DNA of 64,000 nucleotides from an uncultured Chloroflexia bacterium. GTDB taxonomy: Bacteria; Chloroflexota; Limnocylindria; Limnocylindrales; CSP1-4. Below are positions 57,949 to 64,000 of the stretch, one piece after another (within the stretch, counting starts at the first letter, position 1; the number at the start of each line of letters is the position of its first letter). The stretch spans positions 1,664,001 to 1,728,000 of the forward strand of contig OY970218.1 of NCBI GenBank assembly GCA_963713975.1. Reading direction: 5' to 3'. The notes below the pieces were generated by a model. The model was not told where the DNA came from. It did no database searches and saw only the letters and a list, made by a program, of their open reading frames with translations. Made by a program: the position numbers and the translations under genes.

Positions 57949-58026
57949 GGTCCGATCGGCACTCACCACGCCGCCCCGCTTCGGGCGACAGTCGATGTCC
58001 GCCGGCGGCCCCGAGGTTTCACGCAC

Positions 58027-60648
58027 GTGCCCACCACCACCCTCCTCGCCACGAAGTACGCGATGCCACAGCCCATGCCGGGGCTCGTCGCGCGTGCGCA
58101 TCTCACCCAGGCCCTCGACGCCACGCGTGGCGTGGTGCTCGTCTCGGCACCGCCCGGATACGGCAAGACGACCCTCGTGGCGGGGTGGCTCGAGCAGGCG
58201 GGCCTGCCCACCGCCTGGGTGACGCTCGACGAGACCGACAACGATCCGGCGGTCTTCGCCGCGTACCTCGCGGCTGCGGTCCGGCAGGCGGTGCCGACGA
58301 TCCCGGAGGCCGTGGAGCGGGCCGTGATTGGCGAGGTGTCGACCGCCGCCCTGGCGCCGCTGATCAACGCGCTCGCGGCCATCGGGGAACCGGTCGCCAT
58401 CGTCCTCGACGACTGCCACACCGTCACCAGCGACCGCGGCCACGCGCTCCTCGCGAACCTCGTGCGGCACCTTCCCGGGAACGTGCGCCTCGTCATCGTC
58501 ACGAGGCAGGACCCGCCGATCGCCCTGGCGAGGCTGCGCGTCCGCGGGCTGCTCACCGAGGTCCGCGCCGCCGACCTCCGGTTCAGCAGCGAGGATGCGG
58601 CACGCTTCCTGGGCAACACGCTCGGCCTCGCCCTGTCGCCCGAGACGGTCGGCCGGCTGGCAGATCGCACGGAAGGCTGGGTCGCGGGCCTCCAGCTGGC
58701 CGGCGTGTCCCTGCGCAGCCGTCCGGATGCCGACTCGTTCGTCGAGGCCGTCGGATCGACCGACCGCTACATCTTCGACTTCCTGACCGATGAGGCGCTC
58801 GCCCACCAGCCCCCGGCCATCCGGTCCTTCCTCGAGGCCACCTGCATCCTCGGCCGCCTCTCGGCACCGCTGTGCGATGCCGTCACCGGGAACGCGGACG
58901 GTGCCGCGATGCTCGCGGCGATCGGGGACGCGAACCTGTTCCTGACACCGATGGACGACCGTCGCGCGTGGTTCCGCTACCACCGCCTGTTCGCGGACCT
59001 CATCTCGTCGGGCCTGACGGCCGGGCGCCGGACCGACCTGCATCGCCGTGCAGGCGCCTGGTTCGCGGCCAACGGCCTCCGGGTCGAGGCCATCCGCCAC
59101 TCGCTCGCCGCCGGCGATGCCGAGGACGCGGCAGGCCTGATGGAGGCCGCGGCCGACCGGACGCTGGCGAGGGGCGAGACGCGCACCGTCGTCGCCTGGA
59201 GCCGGGCGCTTCCGCCCGGGGTCCTCGCGGCCCACCCGGCGCTCGGGGTGATGCAGGCGTGGGCGACCTTCATCCTGGGCGACATCCCCGCCGCGGAGAC
59301 GCTCCTCGGCGGCCTCGACGACACCCGCCTGACCGACCCGGCGGCCGGCGGCCGCCGCGACTGCCTCGCCGCCTGGTTCGCCAACCGTCGCGACGACCCG
59401 GATGCCGAGGACCTCGCCAGACGGGCGATCGACGGGATCCCCGAGACCGACCCGGTCTTCCGCAGCCTCGCGTTCACCACCCTGGGCGAGGCGACAGTGT
59501 CGCGGGACGTGGGGGTCGCGGTCGAGGCCTTCACCGAGGCATACCGTCTCGCCCGGCCCACGGGACGCGGCGTGCTGTACGGCGGCGCGGTCTACTCGCT
59601 CGCGAACACCGGGGTGATCCAAGGCCGGCGCCGGGAGGCCGAGGCACTGTGCCGTCGGACCATCGAGGAGGCCACCCGGGACGAGAGCGCCCAGCCCTGG
59701 CTCGGAATGGTGTACCTCCCGCTCGGGACGTCGCTGTTCGAGGCGAACGAGCTGGACCAGGCCCACCAGCACATCACCACGGGGCAGGAGCTGTGCGATC
59801 GGGCCGGGCTGCGGATCACGATGCTGGGCGCGTCGGAGTGGTACGAGGTCCTCGGGCTGCACGTGCGGGGCCAGGCCGACCAGGCATGGCGACGCGTTGA
59901 GGCCATCGCGCGCGAGGCACGGGCCGCCGGCATCGAGCGGGTCGCCAAGGCCATGACGCTCGTCGGCTGCGAGCTGCTGCTGCTGGAAGGCGACGTCGCC
60001 GGCGCCAGGAGGCGCATGGACCTGCTGCCGACGACCGACGACCACGTGCTGGGGACGATGCGGGACCGCAGCCGCCAGACGCCCGCCCGGCTCCTGGTCG
60101 TGGAGCGCAGGGAGCGCGAGGCGATCGCGATCCTCGAGTCGCTCGCGCGCGAGCAGCGGGCGCGTGGCCGGCTCGGGAGGCTCGTGCTCACGCTCACAAC
60201 GCTCGCGGTCGCGCACGAGCGGGTCCGCGAGCGCGGCGCGGCGCTCGAGGCGCTGCGGGAGGCCGTCGCGCTGGCCGCGCCGGAGGGCTACCGGCGCGCC
60301 TTCGTCGATCCGGTGCTGCCGCTCGGCGAGCTGCTGTCCCTCGTACGTCCCGAGTCGCCCACGTTCATCGATGCCGTGTCCAACCGGGAGGCGCCCGCGC
60401 CGCGGTCCCCGTCCGGGGTCGCAGAGGCGGCGGGCACCGGCGGCGACGTCCTCCTCGAACCGCTGAGCGTTCGCGAGCTCGAGGTGTTGCGCCTCGTGGC
60501 CGCCGGCCTCTCGAACGAGGAGATCGGGCGCGCACTGTTCGTGTCGCAGGGCACCGCCAAGTGGCACGTCCACAACGTCATCGGGAAGCTCGGGGCGCGG
60601 AACCGCGTGACGCTCGTCGCGAGGGCTCGCCGGCTCCAGCTCGTCTGA
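58027..60648 (+). CDS. MalT-like STAND ATPase/TPR/LuxR transcriptional activator (copy 3)
   Basis: LLATKY, APPGYGKTT, LDDCH, TEGWVAGLQL, FRYHRLF, HTH LSVRELEVL...VSQGTAKWHVHNVIGKL. Confidence 0.95.
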   Translation: MPTTTLLATKYAMPQPMPGLVARAHLTQALDATRGVVLVSAPPGYGKTTLVAGWLEQAGLPTAWVTLDETDNDPAVFAAYLAAAVRQAVPTIPEAVERAVIGEVSTAALAPLINALAAIGEPVAIVLDDCHTVTSDRGHALLANLVRHLPGNVRLVIVTRQDPPIALARLRVRGLLTEVRAADLRFSSEDAARFLGNTLGLALSPETVGRLADRTEGWVAGLQLAGVSLRSRPDADSFVEAVGSTDRYIFDFLTDEALAHQPPAIRSFLEATCILGRLSAPLCDAVTGNADGAAMLAAIGDANLFLTPMDDRRAWFRYHRLFADLISSGLTAGRRTDLHRRAGAWFAANGLRVEAIRHSLAAGDAEDAAGLMEAAADRTLARGETRTVVAWSRALPPGVLAAHPALGVMQAWATFILGDIPAAETLLGGLDDTRLTDPAAGGRRDCLAAWFANRRDDPDAEDLARRAIDGIPETDPVFRSLAFTTLGEATVSRDVGVAVEAFTEAYRLARPTGRGVLYGGAVYSLANTGVIQGRRREAEALCRRTIEEATRDESAQPWLGMVYLPLGTSLFEANELDQAHQHITTGQELCDRAGLRITMLGASEWYEVLGLHVRGQADQAWRRVEAIAREARAAGIERVAKAMTLVGCELLLLEGDVAGARRRMDLLPTTDDHVLGTMRDRSRQTPARLLVVERREREAIAILESLAREQRARGRLGRLVLTLTTLAVAHERVRERGAALEALREAVALAAPEGYRRAFVDPVLPLGELLSLVRPESPTFIDAVSNREAPAPRSPSGVAEAAGTGGDVLLEPLSVRELEVLRLVAAGLSNEEIGRALFVSQGTAKWHVHNVIGKLGARNRVTLVARARRLQLV

Positions 60649-60653
60649 CCGCG

Positions 60654-60905
60654 TTACGGAGCGCGGGAGCCGGGCGGGTGCGACTCGACCAGGGTGACGG
60701 CGACGAGCGGGATCCCGAGGTCGCGAATCCTCGCCAGCACGCCGTGGAGCGCGGCCTGGTCCGCGATGTCGCCCCGGAGCAGCATCCCGTCACCCGGGAT
60801 CTCCACCAGCTCGAAGCCCTCGAACCCGGATGCCGAGCGGGCACCCAGCCGCTTTCCCAGGATGATCTCGACCCGGCCTCCTCCCTGCGTTCGCCCGCTG
60901 CCCAC
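60654..60905 (-). CDS. Small conserved hypothetical DQAALHG protein (copy 3)
   Basis: GAGGAG SD; VEIILGKRLG...FEGFEL...DQAALHGVLARIRDLGIPLVAV; convergent with regulator copy 3. Confidence 0.88.
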   Translation of the reverse strand: MGSGRTQGGGRVEIILGKRLGARSASGFEGFELVEIPGDGMLLRGDIADQAALHGVLARIRDLGIPLVAVTLVESHPPGSRAP

Positions 60906-60957
60906 CGTGGTCTCCTCGCCTGCTGGTGGACCCAGTAGATCTCCCGCCGGAACCCCT

Positions 60958-60980
60958 GTCGCCTACCCGCGGATAGGTTC
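60958..60980. promoter_or_regulatory. LuxR-type box (locus 3, right)
   Basis: GTCGCCTACCCGCGGATAGGTTC, 22/23 identical to the 57926 site, upstream of the DQAALHG gene. Confidence 0.75.
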
Positions 60981-61166
60981 CGGGGCCGCATTGTCCGCGC
61001 CCGCCTCCGTCAGCCAGCGGTTGCCGCAGAAGCTGCAGAACGCCTTGCCGGGCGCCTGTGGCAGGCCGCAGTGGGCACAGGCGAGCCAGCCCTCGGGCGA
61101 CCCGGGCAGGCAGCTGCAGGCCTGTCCGACCGGCGCCTCTGGAGTCTGTCCTGGTTCGAGTGTCAT
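60963..61166 (-). CDS. Small Cys-rich zinc-ribbon protein
   Basis: CSC...CAHCG...AFCSFCG; TATGCT 9 nt upstream of the ATG. Confidence 0.55.
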   Translation of the reverse strand: MTLEPGQTPEAPVGQACSCLPGSPEGWLACAHCGLPQAPGKAFCSFCGNRWLTEAGADNAAPEPIRG

Positions 61167-61675
61167 GATCTCGCCAGCATAGCGACCGAGGCGGGGCGCT
61201 CCGCCGCGGACCGGCGATCAGTTGCCCATGAGTGCGGGGCCAGGCTCGCCGAGCGCGGCGTCGAGCACCGGGTCGCGGCCCTCGTCCACAACTCGCCTCT
61301 CGCGCCCCGGATCGTCCGGTCCTACGGCATAGATGCAGCCGCGGTTCGAAGCTTTCGACCTTCGCGATCGCCGTGGTTTCTCGGGTCCCGGTGGCCGTGG
61401 TTCGCGCGATGCGGGGTGGCGGCGATCCCGTGCCACCAGCCGATCCCCGTCAATGCCCGGCGGCCCCGAAAGCATCCCAACGTCTGTGCTGGCCCGACCG
61501 GGATGAGGTGAGCCCCATCGGTCAAGCTGTTGGTTCTGACAACACCAGCAGTGACGAGGGGCTCGAGCCCCGGACCGCGCACACCATGGGCGTCCGTGAG
61601 CGGGGTCTGTGGCTGGTGACGGAGATGAGCTATGCCAAGGCCGCCGATGGTCCGCTGGCGTTTCACACCAGCCAC

Positions 61676-64000
61676 CTAGAGGCGCATCGACGTCGTTCCT
61701 GCCGCTTCCTCCTCCGCCTCTGCCATCCCGAGCGACTGCCAGAACTCGGGGTTGCTGGACATTGCCGTGCGCGTCGTGACCGGGAATACCGCCTTTCCGG
61801 CCTCGCGGATCGCGGCGATCGTCTGGCGCATCAGCCTGACCCGCTCCTCGAGGACCTGGGCGAGAGAGGTGAGCGCAGCCACGCGCGCGGCCCGCTGGTC
61901 CGCTGCCGTCCATGCTTCGCGGAGCTCCGCGATCCTGGGGTCGAGCGCCGCCTGGCTCTTGTCGGCGGCCGTCGCCTGCCTGATCCAGCTCTTCGCCAGG
62001 GCGATCTGGACCTGGGCCACCTGCGAGTCCACGCCGACCTTGAGTGCGGTCGAGCCCTTGCTGCCGATTGCGTCACCGAGCCCCCGTGAGGACGCGCGGA
62101 TCTCCGCTCGCAACGCCCCGGTCGAGACCTCCGCCGCGTGGATCCGACCCTGGAGCTTCGCTGACTCGCGATCCGCCTTCTGCGACGCCACGGCGCCGTT
62201 CGCGCCGGTCCCGCCGGTGGCGCCCTCGGGCTGGCTTCGCATGGCGATCGCCTGGGCGTTTCGCCGGACGCCCTGGAACTCCTCGACGTGCCGGTCGATC
62301 AGCGCCAGCTGCTGGTTCCGCAGCCCGTCGGGGAGGTCCGTGTAGCGCTCCCGGTCGGCAACCGCGGCCCGCCGCTGCTGCAGCCGGCCGAGTGCCTCGC
62401 CGGTCTCGCGGATGACGTCATCGGCCCGGGGAGGCCTCGCGGTCAGGGCCTCGCCCAAGGCCTTGCGCCGGTCTCGGAGCCTCTGGCGACCCGACGGGCC
62501 CGGAAAGTTCTCGTCCCCCTTGAGCTCGAGATCCCAGGCCTTGCCCGAGATCCCGACCTGACCGCCGAGCATCTGGGCGCCGTTCTGCTTCACGAGCTCG
62601 GCGTAGACCGTCATCTTCTCGTCCAGTGTCCTGGCGGCGCGGAGCGGAGGGCTCACCGCCTCGAGCTCGCGGATCGCAGCCATCGGCACCGGCGCACTGA
62701 GCGTCCATTGGCCGGACGCCCTGGCGTCGCCGCCCCCTGAGTCCTGGAAGATCTTGCGGAACTCGTCGCGGTTGAACGATCCGGATTCGCCGGAGATCGA
62801 GAACACCGCCCGAGCGGCGGCCTCCTTGTCATTCTTCTGGCTTCGGACGATCTGGGCGTTCGAGTGCAGCTCCTTGTCGCCGAGGAACTTCCATAGCCTC
62901 CCCGGGTCCTGGTCGCGCGACTGCTTGCCGCCATACTGCTCGTGCGTCCCTCCGTCGTCTTCAACCCGGTCCTGCCAGGTCGTGCCTGTCCAATCGGACG
63001 AGCCGCCAAGCGTCGAGTACCTGTCGTGGTCCTCCTGCGTGTTCAGCGTGCGGATACTGACCCGCCGTGATCCCGTCGCGGGTGGCAGCGGGAACGCCAC
63101 GAACTGCTGGAAGGCGTTGGCCCCCTCCTTCGACGCCAGGTCGAAGGAGTAGGTGACCGCGAGCAGTGAGCCCTCGGAGGAGCCCTTCTGGTTCGTCAGT
63201 CCGCCGCTGATGCCCCAGTCGCTGCCCTCGGACGCGGTGATCGTGTAGGTGACGTGGACGGTGCTGGTGGCGGCACGGAAGACCGACAGCTCGTGCGCGG
63301 ACGTGGTCTGGCCGCTCTTGGAGATGGTGGCGCCGAACGTGCCCGAGACGCTGCCTGACTTCGTGCGAGACGACCCGATCCCGCGCGACTCGCCGATCGG
63401 GATTGCCAGGGCGCCGGGTATCGTCGTCACGGGGAAGAAGCCCAGGCTGCCGTCCTTGGCGATCTGCTGCGCGGCGTGCTCCTTGAACGCCTTCGCCTCC
63501 GCCTCGCTCGCGAACCGTCGCGACCCGGTCCGGTTGTCGGCGTCCGTCACGCTTCCGCTGGCACCGAACCCGACCCCACCCGCCTGCCCGCTGACGCCGC
63601 CGCCGACCGAGCTGGTGTCGGCCACGACGAAGCGGACCTCCCAGACGCCCGGCGCCACCTCCTCGGGGTCCTCGGCGGTGACGCTGTGACCGCCGCCCAC
63701 GGTGACCGACGCGCCGTAGCCGCCCTTGGTCTTCACGCCGCCCGTCAGCGACGCCGACGAGTTGCCCTTGTCGTCAGCGGAGAAGGCGGCGCTCCCTGTG
63801 ACCTCGCGACCGCTGCGCGTCGTGTAGCTCTTGCCGACCTCGCCGCCGATGCTGTGGGCGTCGACGGTCAGCGAGCCGGTCGTCGAGGACGACGTCTTGA
63901 TCGGGGTCCCGTCCGGCCTCGTGCCGTGCAGGACCTCACGCTTCCGCTCGCCTCCTACCTGGAGCTTGCCCTCCCCGGTGATGCCGCCCGTGACGTTCCT
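61676..64000 (-). CDS. Large hypothetical protein, 5' end outside the window (Gly/Ser/Thr-rich beta region plus helical C-terminus)
   Basis: The frame is open from 64000 to the stop at 61676 (RNVTGGITGEGKLQVGG...GGVKTKGG...); the ORF-track start at 63736 is internal. Confidence 0.85.
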   Translation of the reverse strand, partial: RNVTGGITGEGKLQVGGERKREVLHGTRPDGTPIKTSSSTTGSLTVDAHSIGGEVGKSYTTRSGREVTGSAAFSADDKGNSSASLTGGVKTKGGYGASVTVGGGHSVTAEDPEEVAPGVWEVRFVVADTSSVGGGVSGQAGGVGFGASGSVTDADNRTGSRRFASEAEAKAFKEHAAQQIAKDGSLGFFPVTTIPGALAIPIGESRGIGSSRTKSGSVSGTFGATISKSGQTTSAHELSVFRAATSTVHVTYTITASEGSDWGISGGLTNQKGSSEGSLLAVTYSFDLASKEGANAFQQFVAFPLPPATGSRRVSIRTLNTQEDHDRYSTLGGSSDWTGTTWQDRVEDDGGTHEQYGGKQSRDQDPGRLWKFLGDKELHSNAQIVRSQKNDKEAAARAVFSISGESGSFNRDEFRKIFQDSGGGDARASGQWTLSAPVPMAAIRELEAVSPPLRAARTLDEKMTVYAELVKQNGAQMLGGQVGISGKAWDLELKGDENFPGPSGRQRLRDRRKALGEALTARPPRADDVIRETGEALGRLQQRRAAVADRERYTDLPDGLRNQQLALIDRHVEEFQGVRRNAQAIAMRSQPEGATGGTGANGAVASQKADRESAKLQGRIHAAEVSTGALRAEIRASSRGLGDAIGSKGSTALKVGVDSQVAQVQIALAKSWIRQATAADKSQAALDPRIAELREAWTAADQRAARVAALTSLAQVLEERVRLMRQTIAAIREAGKAVFPVTTRTAMSSNPEFWQSLGMAEAEEEAAGTTSMRL

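Noticed and set aside
57926-60980. 23-bp direct repeats considered as att sites or transposon ends
   Set aside because: No integrase or transposase nearby; the repeats are palindromic and positioned upstream of genes, which fits operators better.
61218-61675. Several overlapping ORFs and GC-rich stems between the zinc-ribbon gene and the large ORF
   Set aside because: No frame gives a recognisable protein and I could not define a consistent RNA structure.

Overview
A very GC-rich, gene-dense bacterial chromosomal window with about 58 genes or gene remnants. It contains no rRNA, tRNA, CRISPR array, transposase or phage gene that I can recognise. The gene content (F420-type LLM and Ddn-like enzymes, DUF4386 proteins, an LPxT-type sorting signal, many leaderless genes) suggests a soil/sediment Chloroflexota or actinobacterial-like organism; this is inference only. 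The only clear housekeeping gene is asnS; the rest are regulators, transporters, redox enzymes, a small sugar-modification cluster and envelope proteins. The most striking structure is a module present three times: a ~880-900 aa MalT-like STAND/LuxR activator, a ~70-aa uncharacterised protein with an invariant DQAALHGxLxxxRDLG motif, and 16-bp 7-2-7 palindromes. The palindrome sequence co-varies with the regulator's recognition helix, and in two loci it sits centred at -42.5 of a predicted promoter. The apparent outputs are DUF4386 membrane proteins, ABC exporters, a chagasin-type inhibitor and a membrane alpha/beta hydrolase. Other points: at least ten TANNNT-(6-7 nt)-start leaderless genes, four broken genes (DUF885 internal deletion, NifX-like stub, frameshifted LLM, serine-hydrolase tail), a 14-residue-repeat GGDEF protein, a nested-hairpin intergenic element, and a large toxin-like ORF running off the right edge. 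All family assignments come from motif recognition by eye, not database searches.
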